Assembly (NCBI GenBank): GCA_963771075.1
Contig: CAVYSE010000023.1
Coordinates: 1 to 64,000 of the forward strand
Direction: 5' to 3'
Origin: a candidate division FCPU426 bacterium
GTDB lineage: Bacteria > Oederibacteriota > Muellerivitia > Muellerivitales > Muellerivitaceae
DNA length: 64,000 nt
Shown: positions 49,035-60,361 of the stretch, in pieces
How positions within the stretch are numbered: position 1 is the first letter of the stretch
Layout of the letters: each line of letters starts with the position of its first letter
Translations under genes and position numbers: made by a program
The notes under the pieces: generated by a model
Seen by the model: only the letters and a program-made list of their open reading frames with translations
The model's database searches: none
Told to the model about the DNA's origin: nothing

Positions 49035-49907
49035 TTGAAAATCGCTCTATTGGGATCAACGGGAATGCTGGGTTCGCGGGTGGCCCAGGAACTTTCCCGC
49101 CGTTCGCATCAGGTCCTGACGCCCAATCGGGACCAGGCGGATCTCACACGGCCTCTTTTACTGGAGAAGTTCTTCCGAGAAAACGATTTTGAGATATTAA
49201 TCAACTGCGCTGGCTATACGCGGGTGGATTTTTGCGAGGAACCCTCCCAGTTCCCCATCGCGCAGGCCGTAAATGGTTCCGGAGTAGCTTGGCTGGCTCG
49301 GTTTTGCCGTCAAACGAAACGGTTCCTTGTCCATTATTCCACCGATTACGTTTTTGACGGTTCCAAGGATGGCCCCTATGAGGAGTCGGATAGGCCCCAT
49401 CCGCTGAACGCCTACGGGCGTACCAAGTGGGAGGGGGAAAGGCTTTTGATGGCCGAAAACCCAAATTATTACATTATCCGAACCTCTTGGCTTTTCGGCC
49501 CGGGAGGCCGGAAACATTTCGTGACCTCGATGCTGGATATTTTCCGCACCCGTCCAAAGGCCGAGGTTGTTTCCGACCAGGTTGGCGCGCCCACCTATGC
49601 TCCCGACCTTGCCTGGTTTACCCTGGAGCTGTTGGAACGGAAAATTCCACCGGGAATCTTTCATTTTGCAAATAGGGGTTTTGCCTCATGGTTTGACTTT
49701 GCCGTATCGATCCAGGCAAAGAGCGGTTTGACCCAATGCCGGCTAGTGCCTGCCCTTACCGAGTTCGTATTCCGGCCCGCAGTTCGTCCCTCCAATTCCC
49801 GATTCAGCCTGGACCGTGTGGAGGGAATCCTGGGTAAACCAATCCGTCCTTGGACCGAGGCGTTGGACGAATATCTCACCAAGGAACTCGGAATTGAAAA
49901 AGCTTGA
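49035..49907 (+). CDS. rfbD: dTDP-4-dehydrorhamnose reductase
   Basis: GSTGMLG, STDYVFDG, YGRTK, DQVGAPT. Confidence 0.9.
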   Translation: MKIALLGSTGMLGSRVAQELSRRSHQVLTPNRDQADLTRPLLLEKFFRENDFEILINCAGYTRVDFCEEPSQFPIAQAVNGSGVAWLARFCRQTKRFLVHYSTDYVFDGSKDGPYEESDRPHPLNAYGRTKWEGERLLMAENPNYYIIRTSWLFGPGGRKHFVTSMLDIFRTRPKAEVVSDQVGAPTYAPDLAWFTLELLERKIPPGIFHFANRGFASWFDFAVSIQAKSGLTQCRLVPALTEFVFRPAVRPSNSRFSLDRVEGILGKPIRPWTEALDEYLTKELGIEKA

Positions 49908-50640
49908 TCTATCGGTGGTGATACCGGTTTATAACGAGGAAAAACGCCTCCCCAAGACCTTGGATGAGTCCTTAAGCTACTTGAAAAAATCCAAATTGAG
50001 CCATGAAATTCTTATTGTCGATGACGGCTCCAAGGACTTGACCTTAGAAAAAGTGGAATACTTCCGAAAAAAAGGGGGAGGCAGAGCTATTCGAGTTCTA
50101 AAACAGGAAGTTAATCAAGGCAAAGGGGCGGCGGTTAAAAGGGGTGCTTTGGAAGCGCAAGGAGAGATCATCCTTTACATGGACGCGGATAACGCGACCC
50201 CGCTTGATCAATTTGAAAGATTTCGACCCCAGTTCAATAAGGGGACCGATGTGGTCGTTGGGAGCCGGGCGATTGACCGAAGTATGGTGAAAGTTCATCA
50301 ACCCATTTATCGGGAAGCCATGGGTAGGTTTTTTAATGTTTTGGTTCAGTTAGCGGCCACTCCGGGCCTGCAAGACACCCAATGCGGGTTCAAGGCCTTT
50401 CGGCGCAGGGCCGCCCAGGCGGTATTTCCATTGCAAACGATCCACCGGTTTGGCTTTGACGTTGAAGTCCTTTATATAGCGCGCAAACAAGGCTGGTCCA
50501 TGACCGAGACGCCGGTGGAATGGTTCGACGCCCCTGGATCAAAAGTCCACGTATTCCGGGATTCCTCGACCATGTTTCTGGACCTGCTACTGATCCGCTA
50601 CAACGATCTTGCGGGCCGATACAAATCAAAACCCTCCTGA
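49894..50640 (+). CDS. GT2 dolichyl-phosphate beta-glucosyltransferase-like enzyme
   Basis: SVVIPVYNEEKRL, VDDGSKD, NQGKGAAV, DAD, DTQCGFKAF, FGFDVE. Confidence 0.88.
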   Translation: MKKLDLSVVIPVYNEEKRLPKTLDESLSYLKKSKLSHEILIVDDGSKDLTLEKVEYFRKKGGGRAIRVLKQEVNQGKGAAVKRGALEAQGEIILYMDADNATPLDQFERFRPQFNKGTDVVVGSRAIDRSMVKVHQPIYREAMGRFFNVLVQLAATPGLQDTQCGFKAFRRRAAQAVFPLQTIHRFGFDVEVLYIARKQGWSMTETPVEWFDAPGSKVHVFRDSSTMFLDLLLIRYNDLAGRYKSKPS

Positions 50641-50651
50641 AAGGCCTCTCC

Positions 50652-52103
50652 ATGGATTCCGCGGAAGGCCGGGCCCGCCGAATCGGTCGAAACACACTTT
50701 TTCTCCTTTCCACGGACGTGGCGGCCCGTCTGTTTTCATGGGCAGCCCTAGCTTTTCTTTGGCGTCAATGGACGGTTGAGACCTATGGCCAGTACGCCCT
50801 AATCAAAAACCTAGTGGCGGTATTCGCGACCGCTAGCGACATGGGATTGAACGCACTCACCATCCGAGAAGTGGCTTTCCGTAAGGATTTAGCCGGGTTT
50901 TATCTGCGTAATGTTATGGGAATCCGTGTGCTCTTTTCCTTAATTCTCATCGTGATACTTCTCTCCACTGGATATGTTTTGGGTTATGAGAAAACCATTC
51001 AAATTGGACTATTGATTATGGGCCTGAGGTTGCTTTTGGATTGTTCCTCGGGAGCCTATGTTTACCTTCTCCAGGCGCATGAACGGATGGGAATTCATGG
51101 GAGCATCATTATGGGAGCCAGTTTGTTTCGATTGGTAGGTACCGTCTTGGTGGTCGCCTTGGGCGGGGGTTTGACTCCGGTTTGTGCTGTTTGGGTCTTA
51201 AGCAGTGGGGTGACCTTGTTTGTGTTGGGAACCATGGGTACCCGAATGGGCTGGAAACTGGAATTTTCCATTTGGAACTGGGAAGAGGCCTACGGGGTGC
51301 TCCGGAACGCGCTTCCTCTGGCGGCTTTTGGGGCCTTTCAAATGCTTTATTACAGAGTGGACTCCATATTGCTGAAGAGTTTGAAAGGAAACGCATCGGT
51401 GGGCCTCTACGACGCTGCCGCGACTTTCTTGCTGGTGATTCTTTCCTTTTCCCAACATTTTGGGCTCTCAACTTTTCCCGTTTTTTCGACCGACCAAAAC
51501 CAAAAATCGGAATTTAAGAGGTTGGCCAGGAGATCTGTAAAATTTCTGATGGTTATGGGGTTTCCTATTTCCGTTGGCGGATTCCTCCTTGCCGGGCCCT
51601 TGATGTCTTTCGTCGGTGGCTCGAAATACATTTCCTCGGCACCCGGTTTTTCCATTTTGGCCCTTTCAACGGTTCCTTTTTTTCTTTCCAATGTTTATGT
51701 GAACGTGCTCATGGTGCGAAAGCCCAAGGCGTTGGTTTATCTTTATTTATTTCTCTTCGCGTTGAATGTGGGGCTTAATCTTTTATTGATTCCACGGTGG
51801 GACACCGTGGGCGCTGCTTGGGCCACTGTATTATGCGAGATTTTTGGCGTAATGCTTGGTTTGGGTCTGATTCGAAATGACCTAAGGCTGGAAGGTTCCA
51901 AAGGTTTTTTATGGTCATTAGTCGCTTCGGGTTTGGCGGCGGGCCTAATGGGACTAGGCATCAATTGGGACCCGCGCCTCTATTGGCTATTCCTGGGACC
52001 ACTAGTTTACGGCTTCGCCTTTTGGGTTTTGGGTGGTGTGGAAAAGGAGGATTGGCGGGCTCTTCGGAGTTTTGCGACCGGTAGGAAGGCTACCGTCGAT
52101 TAA
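50652..52103 (+). CDS. Wzx-type polysaccharide flippase
   Basis: MOP-family pattern: RNTLFL, YGQY, DMGL...IREVA, YYRVD.ILL, VGLY, NLLLIPRW..GAAWAT. Confidence 0.85.
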   Translation: MDSAEGRARRIGRNTLFLLSTDVAARLFSWAALAFLWRQWTVETYGQYALIKNLVAVFATASDMGLNALTIREVAFRKDLAGFYLRNVMGIRVLFSLILIVILLSTGYVLGYEKTIQIGLLIMGLRLLLDCSSGAYVYLLQAHERMGIHGSIIMGASLFRLVGTVLVVALGGGLTPVCAVWVLSSGVTLFVLGTMGTRMGWKLEFSIWNWEEAYGVLRNALPLAAFGAFQMLYYRVDSILLKSLKGNASVGLYDAAATFLLVILSFSQHFGLSTFPVFSTDQNQKSEFKRLARRSVKFLMVMGFPISVGGFLLAGPLMSFVGGSKYISSAPGFSILALSTVPFFLSNVYVNVLMVRKPKALVYLYLFLFALNVGLNLLLIPRWDTVGAAWATVLCEIFGVMLGLGLIRNDLRLEGSKGFLWSLVASGLAAGLMGLGINWDPRLYWLFLGPLVYGFAFWVLGGVEKEDWRALRSFATGRKATVD

Positions 52104-52872
52104 ACGGGGTGAGGTTGGATATTCTTGGTTTGGTGGCCGCGCAAAAGAGGGATAACCCGATGGGCTTCGGAAGGAACTTTTCGACATGCTGGGAAAACCA
52201 AACCACCCGGTCATAAAGCATCATCTGGGATCGGGGGATGATCTTTCGCCTTAAAACCTTGCCGTTCAGCCACCAGCCGAAGATTCCCAACAGGTTCAAG
52301 AAGCGGCAATACTCCACTTGAAAACCAGCCCTCTCCATTTTTTGATAAAGATCCTTTCGGTCGTAACGCCGGAAATGACCGTAACTTTCATCCATTGATC
52401 CATATAAATAGGGAAGAGCCGGGACAAAAAACATCAATCGGCCGCCTGACGGGAGCAATTTATAGCATTCGGTTAAGACCTTTTGATCATCGGCGATGTG
52501 TTCCAAGACATTGACACAGATGATGCTGTCAGGTTTGAAAGAGCGTAGGTGAGAAAGGGAATGATTTAAATCGATCTTTTGATAGGAAAGATTGTCATGT
52601 TCCCTCAACCGCTTTTTTGCTGAATTCAAATAGAGTTGATTGACGTCCGTGGCCAGAACCTGGCCGTGTCGGGCCAAAAAACCGGTGATATTGCCTGTGC
52701 CACATCCGATTTCCAAGATCCGATTTCCAATATAAGGGCGCAAAATACCGTAGATCCATTGATTGTAGTTGATCGCATTGGATAGATCGTCCAGGGTTTC
52801 CCTTTGACCGTCCCACCCCCTGTCATTGGGCCTATTTTTTTTCGATTTTTGGGATTTGTGATGAAGCGGCAT
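52090..52872 (-). CDS. Class I SAM-dependent methyltransferase (type associated with GT2 loci)
   Basis: ILEIGCGTG, NVLEHI, VPA...LYGSMD...GHFRRY; start could be 52905. Confidence 0.85.
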   Translation of the reverse strand: MPLHHKSQKSKKNRPNDRGWDGQRETLDDLSNAINYNQWIYGILRPYIGNRILEIGCGTGNITGFLARHGQVLATDVNQLYLNSAKKRLREHDNLSYQKIDLNHSLSHLRSFKPDSIICVNVLEHIADDQKVLTECYKLLPSGGRLMFFVPALPYLYGSMDESYGHFRRYDRKDLYQKMERAGFQVEYCRFLNLLGIFGWWLNGKVLRRKIIPRSQMMLYDRVVWFSQHVEKFLPKPIGLSLFCAATKPRISNLTPFNRR

Positions 52873-53136
52873 TCGGTTTTCGCTTTCGCCATGGCATAAA
52901 AACAATTGGTTGATTGGAATGAGGCATCATAACATCGAGTGGGAATCAAGAGCCTGTTTTCCCTTTGTTTTCATTTGGAATTAAACACAAGGTTGGATTT
53001 TTAATCCCCTTTTCCTTGCGGCTTCTAGTCTTGGCCTGCGATAATTCAGGCTTCCTTTCGGGAACGGATGAATAATAGTGGCATTTTGGTCCCTGGATAG
53101 CGATAAAGTCATTTCAACACGGAGCGATTCAATCCA

Positions 53137-53910
53137 ATGAAAGCGGTCATACTCGCGGGGGGGCTGGGTACCCGCATCACGGAAGAAACCCATCTCAAAC
53201 CCAAACCCATGATTGAGATCGGCGGAAAGCCCATTCTTTGGCACATCCTGAAGATCTATTCCCACTACGGTATCAATGATTTTGTGATCTGCTGCGGTTA
53301 TAAGGGTTACCTTATCAAGGAATATTTCGCCAATTATTTTCTTCACATGTCTGACGTGACCTTCGACATGGCCCATAACAAAATGGAGGTTCACCAGCAG
53401 AAGGCGGAACCATGGCGCGTGACCTTGGTCGATACGGGGGAGGAAACCATGACCGGTGGCCGCTTGAAGAGGGTGGCTGGCTACATCCAAAAAGAAGAAT
53501 CTTTTTGCTTCACCTATGGGGATGGCGTCAGCGACGTGAATATCAAAGAACTGGTGGCCTTCCATAAAGCCCAAAAAGTAAAAGCCACCATCACCGCAAC
53601 TTTGCCTCCCGGCCGTTTCGGAGCTTTGGATATCCAGGGGGACAAGGTTCGCAGTTTCAAGGAAAAGCCAAAAGGCGACGGAGCTATGATCAATGGAGGT
53701 TTTTTTGTCCTTTCGCCATCGGTTCTTGATTTGATCCAGGATGACAAAACGCTTTGGGAAAAAGAACCCCTGGAAAAATTGGCCGAATCCAACCAACTTG
53801 CCGCATACCACCATTCTGGCTTTTGGCAGCCCATGGATACCTTGCGGGATAAGGACCATTTGGAGAAGTTATGGTCTTCCGGCAAGGCTCCCTGGAAGGT
53901 CTGGGCATGA
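53137..53910 (+). CDS. rfbF: Glucose-1-phosphate cytidylyltransferase
   Basis: [46 protein letters not shown]. Confidence 0.96.
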   Translation: MKAVILAGGLGTRITEETHLKPKPMIEIGGKPILWHILKIYSHYGINDFVICCGYKGYLIKEYFANYFLHMSDVTFDMAHNKMEVHQQKAEPWRVTLVDTGEETMTGGRLKRVAGYIQKEESFCFTYGDGVSDVNIKELVAFHKAQKVKATITATLPPGRFGALDIQGDKVRSFKEKPKGDGAMINGGFFVLSPSVLDLIQDDKTLWEKEPLEKLAESNQLAAYHHSGFWQPMDTLRDKDHLEKLWSSGKAPWKVWA

Positions 53911-54986
53911 ACCCGGGTTTTTGGGCTGGTAAAAGGATATTTCTCACGGGCCATACCGGTTTTAAAGGCTCCTGGCTTTCCCTTTGGCTGCAACAGTTGG
54001 GGGCCCAGGTAACGGGTTATGCCCTTCAACCGCCCACGAATCCCAGCCTGTTTGAGAGCGCCAAGGTTGCCGAAGGCATGAAGTCCGTCTTCGGGGATAT
54101 CCGCGACTTGAGCGCCTTGAAAAAGGCCATGGGCGAGGCGAAACCTGAGATTGTGATCCATTTGGCGGCCCAGTCCTTGGTTCGGGAATCCTACAATTTT
54201 CCCGTGGAAACCTACGAGATTAACGTGATGGGGACGGTCCATCTCCTGGAGGCCGTGCGCCAAACCCCCGGGGTTAAGGCGGTGGTCGTGGTCACAACGG
54301 ACAAATGTTATGAGAACCGCGAGTGGGCCTGGGGCTATCGGGAAAATGATCCCATGGGCGGGTTTGACGTTTACAGCAACAGCAAGGGTTGCGTGGAACT
54401 GGTCTCCGCGGCTTACCGCTCTTCCTTTTTTAATCCCCAAAGCTACCAAACCCATGGGGTTGCGGTGGCCACAGCCCGAGCGGGAAATGTCATTGGGGGA
54501 GGGGATTGGGCGAAGGACCGATTGATTCCCGATATTCTCTCCGCCTTTGAGTCGGGTCGGCCTGTTTTGATCCGTTCGCCCCATTCCATCCGTCCCTGGC
54601 AGCACGCGCTTGAGCCTCTTCGGGGCTACCTGACCCTGGCTGAGAAACTTTATCTGGATGGGCCCCTCTACGCTGAGGCTTGGAATTTCGGCCCTCAAGA
54701 TGAAGATAATCTTCCGGTGGAATGGCTGGTGAAGCGTTTGGCCGAGCTTTGGGGCAAGGGCGCCCAGTGGCAAATCGACAAAGGCGAACATCCCCATGAG
54801 GCTGCATTCTTAAAGTTGGATATTTCAAAGGCCCGGACCCGGTTGAATTGGCACCCAACCCTTCGTTTGGACAAGGCCTTAAGCCTTACGGTGGATTGGG
54901 CAAAGAAAAAGGCGGAGGGTAGAGCGCCGAAAACCCTTACCTTGGAGCAGATTCAAGCCTATCAATCGCTTATCTTGGAAAACTAA
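53907..54986 (+). CDS. rfbG: CDP-glucose 4,6-dehydratase
   Basis: [37 protein letters not shown]. Confidence 0.96.
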   Translation: MNPGFWAGKRIFLTGHTGFKGSWLSLWLQQLGAQVTGYALQPPTNPSLFESAKVAEGMKSVFGDIRDLSALKKAMGEAKPEIVIHLAAQSLVRESYNFPVETYEINVMGTVHLLEAVRQTPGVKAVVVVTTDKCYENREWAWGYRENDPMGGFDVYSNSKGCVELVSAAYRSSFFNPQSYQTHGVAVATARAGNVIGGGDWAKDRLIPDILSAFESGRPVLIRSPHSIRPWQHALEPLRGYLTLAEKLYLDGPLYAEAWNFGPQDEDNLPVEWLVKRLAELWGKGAQWQIDKGEHPHEAAFLKLDISKARTRLNWHPTLRLDKALSLTVDWAKKKAEGRAPKTLTLEQIQAYQSLILEN

Positions 54987-55011
54987 ATAATATGTTTTTA
55001 TTGAGGTTCAT

Positions 55012-56334
55012 GTGACCCAACCTAGTGATGAACTGCGCGCCCAAATACTGGCACTCTCCAAGCGTTTTCACAACACCCAATGGCCCCATAAGGATTTTGT
55101 GCCGGGAGAAAACCAGGTTCCCGTAAGCGGAAAAGTTTTCGATGGCGAGGACCTGTCCAATTTGTTGGACGCCTCGCTTGATTTCTGGCTGACCACCGGC
55201 AGGTATGCCCATGAATTTGAGAGGGGCTTTGCCGAGTTCATGGGGGTCCGTTATGCGATTCTGACGAATTCGGGATCCAGCGCCAACCTGCTGGCAGTAT
55301 CATGCCTGACCTCTAAAACGCTGGGGGAGAGGCGCTTGAAACCCGGGGACGAGGTCATCACTGTCGCGGCGGGGTTTCCGACCACGGTGAACCCGATCCT
55401 GCAAAACCAATTGGTGCCTGTTTTCATAGACGTGGAGATACCGACTTATAATATCGACCCGAATCAACTAGAAGCCGCGCGAAGTCCTAAAACCCGCGCG
55501 GTTATGATGGCCCATACTTTGGGAAACCCCTTCAATGTTGAGGCAGTCCAGGCTTTTGTCAAAAAATATGACCTGTGGCTCATCGAAGATTGCTGCGACG
55601 CGGTGGGTGCCCAATATGACGGGACCAAGTGCGGGACCTTTGGCCATATCGCTACGACCAGTTTTTATCCCGCCCACCACATCACGATGGGTGAGGGCGG
55701 AGCGGTTTTGACCAGTGACTCCAAGTTGAAAAAACTTATCGAGTCATTCCGAGATTGGGGACGGGATTGTTGGTGTGAGACCGGGCATGACAATACCTGC
55801 GGCAAGCGCTTTGATTGGAAACTGGGTGACCTGCCCCAAGGTTATGACCATAAATACACCTATTCCGAAATTGGGTATAACCTCAAAGTGACGGATATGC
55901 AGGCCGCCATCGGTGTTTCCCAGCTCAAGAAATTACCGGGTTTTATCCAGAAAAGATTGGAAAATTTCGAATATTTAAGTAAAGGTCTCTCCGGCCTGGA
56001 GGACTATTTGATACTACCCGCGGCCACCCTGAATTCCCAACCCAGCTGGTTTGGTTTTCCCCTCGCGGTCAAAGAAAAGGCGCCTTTTACTAGGGAGCAA
56101 TTGATAGCCCATCTTGACCAGGCCAAGGTCCACACCCGGCTACTGTTCGCGGGTAACATGACCCGCCAACCTGCCTATAAGGGGCTCGACTTCCGAGTGG
56201 TGGGGGACCTTCCGAATTCCGATTTCGTCATGAACCGGGTTTTCTGGATCGGGGTTTATCCGGGGTTGACGAAACCCATGTTGGAATATGTCATTGCGGT
56301 TTTTACCGCTTTTATCCAAAAATTGAAGAAATAG
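55012..56334 (+). CDS. rfbH: CDP-4-keto-6-deoxyglucose 3-dehydrase (E1)
   Basis: [28 protein letters not shown] (His in place of the PLP Lys), RDCWC...DNTC Fe-S motif, GYDHKY. Confidence 0.95.
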   Translation: MTQPSDELRAQILALSKRFHNTQWPHKDFVPGENQVPVSGKVFDGEDLSNLLDASLDFWLTTGRYAHEFERGFAEFMGVRYAILTNSGSSANLLAVSCLTSKTLGERRLKPGDEVITVAAGFPTTVNPILQNQLVPVFIDVEIPTYNIDPNQLEAARSPKTRAVMMAHTLGNPFNVEAVQAFVKKYDLWLIEDCCDAVGAQYDGTKCGTFGHIATTSFYPAHHITMGEGGAVLTSDSKLKKLIESFRDWGRDCWCETGHDNTCGKRFDWKLGDLPQGYDHKYTYSEIGYNLKVTDMQAAIGVSQLKKLPGFIQKRLENFEYLSKGLSGLEDYLILPAATLNSQPSWFGFPLAVKEKAPFTREQLIAHLDQAKVHTRLLFAGNMTRQPAYKGLDFRVVGDLPNSDFVMNRVFWIGVYPGLTKPMLEYVIAVFTAFIQKLKK

Positions 56335-56366
56335 GCCGGTAAGAGACCGAGGAGCCTTTAAAAAAC

Positions 56367-58202
56367 ATGGCTAAAATTCAAAAAAACAAACAAATCAAGG
56401 TCACTGATTACATTTTCAGCCATTTAGTGAAGATCGGCGTACGGGATATCTTCATGATTTCCGGCGGGGGAGCCATGCATCTGGTGGATTCAGTGGGGAA
56501 ACAACCCGGACTGAATTACTATTGCCCCCATCATGAACAGGCGGCTGCTATCGCCGCGGAAGGCTACGCAAGGGTTTCGGGCAAGATGGGAGTTGTAGTT
56601 GTGACCAGCGGCCCGGGCGGTACCAACACCCTCACTGGGCTCATCGGCCAATGGCTTGATTCGGCGCCATGCCTTTATCTTTCCGGCCAGATCAAGCAGG
56701 AAACCTCCATCGCCTCTTTTCCCGGTTTGGGACTCCGGCAACTGGGAGACCAGGAAATCAACATTGTGGATATGGTCAAGCCCGTAACCAAATACGCTGT
56801 AATGCTCAAGGACCCCAAGACCATCCGCTACCACTTGGAAAAGGCTGTTTATTTGGCAACCCATGGCCGGCCAGGTCCTGTATGGCTGGATATGCCGTTG
56901 GATATCCAAGGTGCCATGATCGATCCGGATGACTTGCCCCCTTATGATCCTAAAGAGGACGAGTTAAGGACAGATGAGTTTGAACTTAAAGAAAAGGTTT
57001 CGAAAACCATCGAGCTACTGAAAAAAGCCCAACGGCCCGTCTTTCTCGCGGGAAACGGAATCCGCATCAGCGGGGCGCAAGACCTGTTCCTGAATCTGCT
57101 GAAGGATCTTCCCATTCCCGTTCTTTCCACCTTCAATGGATTTGATCTGATCGATTCCGAGAATCCGCAATATATAGGCAGGATCGGCACAATTGGTAAC
57201 CGGGCCGGCAATTTCGCCCTTCAAAACTCCGATCTTCTTCTCTGCGTTGGTTCCCGAAACAACATCCGGCAGATCAGCTATAACTGGAAGGCCTACGCTC
57301 GGGTGGCGAAAAAGGTAGTCGTGGATATCGATCCGGCCGAACTGAAAAAGCCCACCATCAAGCCGGACCTAGCCATTCAGGCTGACGCGAAGGCCTTTCT
57401 TTCGGAACTCCAAAAACAGTTGAAAAAATCATCCCTTCCCGAATTTTCCGATTGGTTGAAATGGACGCAAAAAAGGAAGAAACAATACCCAATCATCCAT
57501 GCGGAGCACATGAAGACCAAGGACAAGGTTGATCCCTATTATTTTTCCAAGGTATTAAGCGAATTATTGGGCCCCAAGGCCGTAGTCGTAACGGGTAACG
57601 CCACCGCGAGCGTTGCTTATTTCCAGGCGGGTGAAGTGAAGCAGGGCCAAAGGGTGATCTGGAACTCGGGCTGCGCCTCCATGGGTTTCGACCTCTCTGC
57701 CTCCATCGGCGCCTGCGTGGCGAACCATCAAAAAGATGTGGTCTGCCTCGCGGGGGAGGGAAGTCTGATGATGAATATTCAGGAACTTCAGACCGTCTCC
57801 CACCACCGGTTTCCCATTAAGCTCTTTGTCCTGAACAATAACGGTTACGTATCCATCAAGCAAACCCAGGAAAGTTTTTTCCAGGGCCACTACGTGGCCA
57901 CCGGCCCGAAGAGCGGGGTGACCTTCCCCGACATGGCCAAGATCGCCAAGGCTTTCCGCCTGCGTTATGAGCGAATCAAGGATCAAAAGGGTTTGAAAGC
58001 GAAATTGAGAAGCGTTCTCCGCAAAAAGGGACCGGTCTTGTGCGAGGTAATCCTGCCCGAATCCTATATCTTCTCGCCGAAACTTTCTTCCCAGCGCCTG
58101 CCGGACGGAAAGATGGTCTCCAAACCCTTGGAGGATATGTTCCCTTTCCTGGACCGGGAGGAGTTCAAGCGGAATATGCTGATCCCGGAATGGGAAGGAT
58201 AG
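56367..58202 (+). CDS. ThDP-dependent acetolactate-synthase-like carboligase (YerE-like)
   Basis: GGGAMHL, HHEQ, TSGPGGTN, GRPGPVW, ThDP motif GEGS...LNNNGY; directly after rfbH. Confidence 0.85.
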   Translation: MAKIQKNKQIKVTDYIFSHLVKIGVRDIFMISGGGAMHLVDSVGKQPGLNYYCPHHEQAAAIAAEGYARVSGKMGVVVVTSGPGGTNTLTGLIGQWLDSAPCLYLSGQIKQETSIASFPGLGLRQLGDQEINIVDMVKPVTKYAVMLKDPKTIRYHLEKAVYLATHGRPGPVWLDMPLDIQGAMIDPDDLPPYDPKEDELRTDEFELKEKVSKTIELLKKAQRPVFLAGNGIRISGAQDLFLNLLKDLPIPVLSTFNGFDLIDSENPQYIGRIGTIGNRAGNFALQNSDLLLCVGSRNNIRQISYNWKAYARVAKKVVVDIDPAELKKPTIKPDLAIQADAKAFLSELQKQLKKSSLPEFSDWLKWTQKRKKQYPIIHAEHMKTKDKVDPYYFSKVLSELLGPKAVVVTGNATASVAYFQAGEVKQGQRVIWNSGCASMGFDLSASIGACVANHQKDVVCLAGEGSLMMNIQELQTVSHHRFPIKLFVLNNNGYVSIKQTQESFFQGHYVATGPKSGVTFPDMAKIAKAFRLRYERIKDQKGLKAKLRSVLRKKGPVLCEVILPESYIFSPKLSSQRLPDGKMVSKPLEDMFPFLDREEFKRNMLIPEWEG

Positions 58203-58261
58203 AACTTAGACACGCAGGCTCAAATAAGCTGAATCACTTTTAAATGTGAAGGGGTGCGACG

Positions 58262-59350
58262 ATGAGAAGCGACATATTCGAGGACCTGTTCGTGCTGGAG
58301 ATGGCCAACAACCATTGGGGCAAACTAGAGCGTGGAATGAAGATCATCACCGATTTTGCCCGGATCGTTCGCTTCAACAATGTCCGAGCTGCGATCAAAC
58401 TCCAAGTCCGGGACGTGGACCAATTCATTCACAAGGATTTTCGGAACAGCGATATCCGCTACATTAAAAAGACCCTCGATACCAAGGTTTCCATCGCGGA
58501 CCTGACCCAAATGGCCCAGGCTGTCCGGAAAAGCGGCTGCATCCCCATGGCCACACCTTTTGACGAGCATTCGGTGGACATGTGCATGGAAATGGGGATC
58601 CAAATCATCAAGGTCGCCAGTTCCGACCTCAACGATTGGGTGTTACTGGAAAAAATAGCCAAGACCAAGAAACCCGTCATCGTCTCCACGGGCGGGTCCT
58701 CCCTGAAGGACCTAGACGACCTGGTGACCTTTTTTGAGAATCGCAACATTCTTTTGGCGATCAACCATTGCGTTTCGGTCTATCCTTCCGAGGACAAGGA
58801 ATTGGAGTTGAACCAGATCGATTTCCTGAAAAACCGCTATCCGAACCATATCATTGGTTTTTCCACGCATGAGTATCACGACTGGATCTCTTCCATTATG
58901 ATGGCCTATGCGAAAGGGGCTCGGACCTTCGAGCGACACATCGACATCCAAGCCGATAACATCCCGGTTTCGCCCTATTGCTCGCTTCCCGAGCAGGCTG
59001 ACCTATGGTTTAAAGCTTACCAAAAGGCAAAGGAAATGTGCGGGGCGAGCGGGGCCTCGAAGCGCAACCCGTCGGAAAAGGAGATCACCTACTTGGACGG
59101 ACTGGTGAGGGGAATCTACGCCAAGCGCGATCTGCCTGAAGGCCATATGCTTTTGCATGAGAGGCTGGAAGAGGACATTTACCTGGCTATCCCCCTGCAA
59201 AAGGGCCAGATTTCCTGCCGGGAATTGATGAGCGGAGAGGTATTACTGAAGGCCGTCAAAAGGGATCAGCCGATCCTGATCGATTGCATCGACAGCCCTT
59301 ACAGCAATAGTCCGGACTTAAAACAAATCATATACAACCGAGGAATTTAG
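58262..59350 (+). CDS. NeuB-family PEP-dependent ulosonate synthase with SAF domain
   Basis: EMANNH.G, IKLQ, TPFD, IKVAS, STG, HCVSVYP, GFSTHE, FERH, RGIYAKRDL. Confidence 0.85.
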   Translation: MRSDIFEDLFVLEMANNHWGKLERGMKIITDFARIVRFNNVRAAIKLQVRDVDQFIHKDFRNSDIRYIKKTLDTKVSIADLTQMAQAVRKSGCIPMATPFDEHSVDMCMEMGIQIIKVASSDLNDWVLLEKIAKTKKPVIVSTGGSSLKDLDDLVTFFENRNILLAINHCVSVYPSEDKELELNQIDFLKNRYPNHIIGFSTHEYHDWISSIMMAYAKGARTFERHIDIQADNIPVSPYCSLPEQADLWFKAYQKAKEMCGASGASKRNPSEKEITYLDGLVRGIYAKRDLPEGHMLLHERLEEDIYLAIPLQKGQISCRELMSGEVLLKAVKRDQPILIDCIDSPYSNSPDLKQIIYNRGI

Positions 59351-59396
59351 CCCCGCCCCAAACTCCCGTAAGAATGACTTTATTTAAAGGTGCGAA

Positions 59397-60338
59397 GTGA
59401 CGGACCCAAAATTAAACCTTTTCATCACCGGTGCGAATGGTTTCGTCGGTAAAAACATCTCGGAATATATCCGGTCGGTCTTCCCAGGCCGATACGCCGT
59501 CTTTGGACCTGCCCACCGGGAATTGGACCTGCTGGAAGCCGATAAGGTCGAGGCCTTCATGCGGGAAAACCGCATTGATCGCGTCATCCATTGCGCCAAT
59601 GTGGGGGGATCCCGAAAAACGGCTTATGATGCCGGAACCATCGATGTGGTGGAAAAGAATTTGCGAATGTTTTTCAACCTTGCGAGGTGCCTGGGTCCGG
59701 CGCGAAAAATGATCCACTTTGGGTCCGGCGCCCAATATGGCATGAAGCACTATCGGCCCGCCATGATGGAGGATTATTTTGGACTCCATGTCCCGGAGGA
59801 CTCTTACGGGTTCTCAAAGTATGTTATTTCCAACTATATCCAAAAGACCGATCGAATCCTGGAACTGAGAATTTTCGGGATGTTCGGAATATACGAGGAT
59901 TACGACTACAAATTCATTTCGAACGCCATCGTCAAGAACCTGTTCCATCTGCCTATTGTGATCAACCAAAATGTCTATTTTGATTATATGTATATCAAGG
60001 ACGCGGTGAAGTTAGTCGAGCGGTTTCTTTCAGCCGACCCGGCGCATAAGGCCTACAACTTGACTACGGGCAAGACCGTGGACCTCCTTACGATCGCGAA
60101 TACGATCAATGAGGTCTCGGATTTCAAATCCGAGATCATCGTCAAGAATTCGGGCCTGAACGTCGAATACAGCGGGGATAACCAGCGGTTGATGCGGGAA
60201 ATGAAATTCGACTTCACCTCCCTGCGGGATTCGGTGAGGGAATTGGTGGGTTACTACCGGGGAATCATGCCCCAAATCGATAGGTCGCGGATCGAGACGG
60301 ACGAATTCATCAAGTTCTGTAAAATAGTTAAAAACTAA
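59397..60338 (+). CDS. NAD-dependent epimerase/reductase (extended SDR)
   Basis: ITGANGFVG, GSGAQY, YGFSK. Confidence 0.88.
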   Translation: MTDPKLNLFITGANGFVGKNISEYIRSVFPGRYAVFGPAHRELDLLEADKVEAFMRENRIDRVIHCANVGGSRKTAYDAGTIDVVEKNLRMFFNLARCLGPARKMIHFGSGAQYGMKHYRPAMMEDYFGLHVPEDSYGFSKYVISNYIQKTDRILELRIFGMFGIYEDYDYKFISNAIVKNLFHLPIVINQNVYFDYMYIKDAVKLVERFLSADPAHKAYNLTTGKTVDLLTIANTINEVSDFKSEIIVKNSGLNVEYSGDNQRLMREMKFDFTSLRDSVRELVGYYRGIMPQIDRSRIETDEFIKFCKIVKN

Positions 60339-60361
60339 ATTATTTGGAAGGCGTTCCGGAC

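Noticed and set aside
53514..54797. 427-aa minus-strand ORF and similar long antisense ORFs (e.g. 29657-30655, 3318-4166, 15324-16115)
   Set aside because: Antisense shadows of well-supported genes, expected from codon bias in GC-rich coding DNA
58262..59350. Calling this gene neuB for sialic acid synthesis
   Set aside because: No neuA, neuC or neuD nearby, divergent active-site motifs and a CDP-dideoxyhexose context; left as a family-level call
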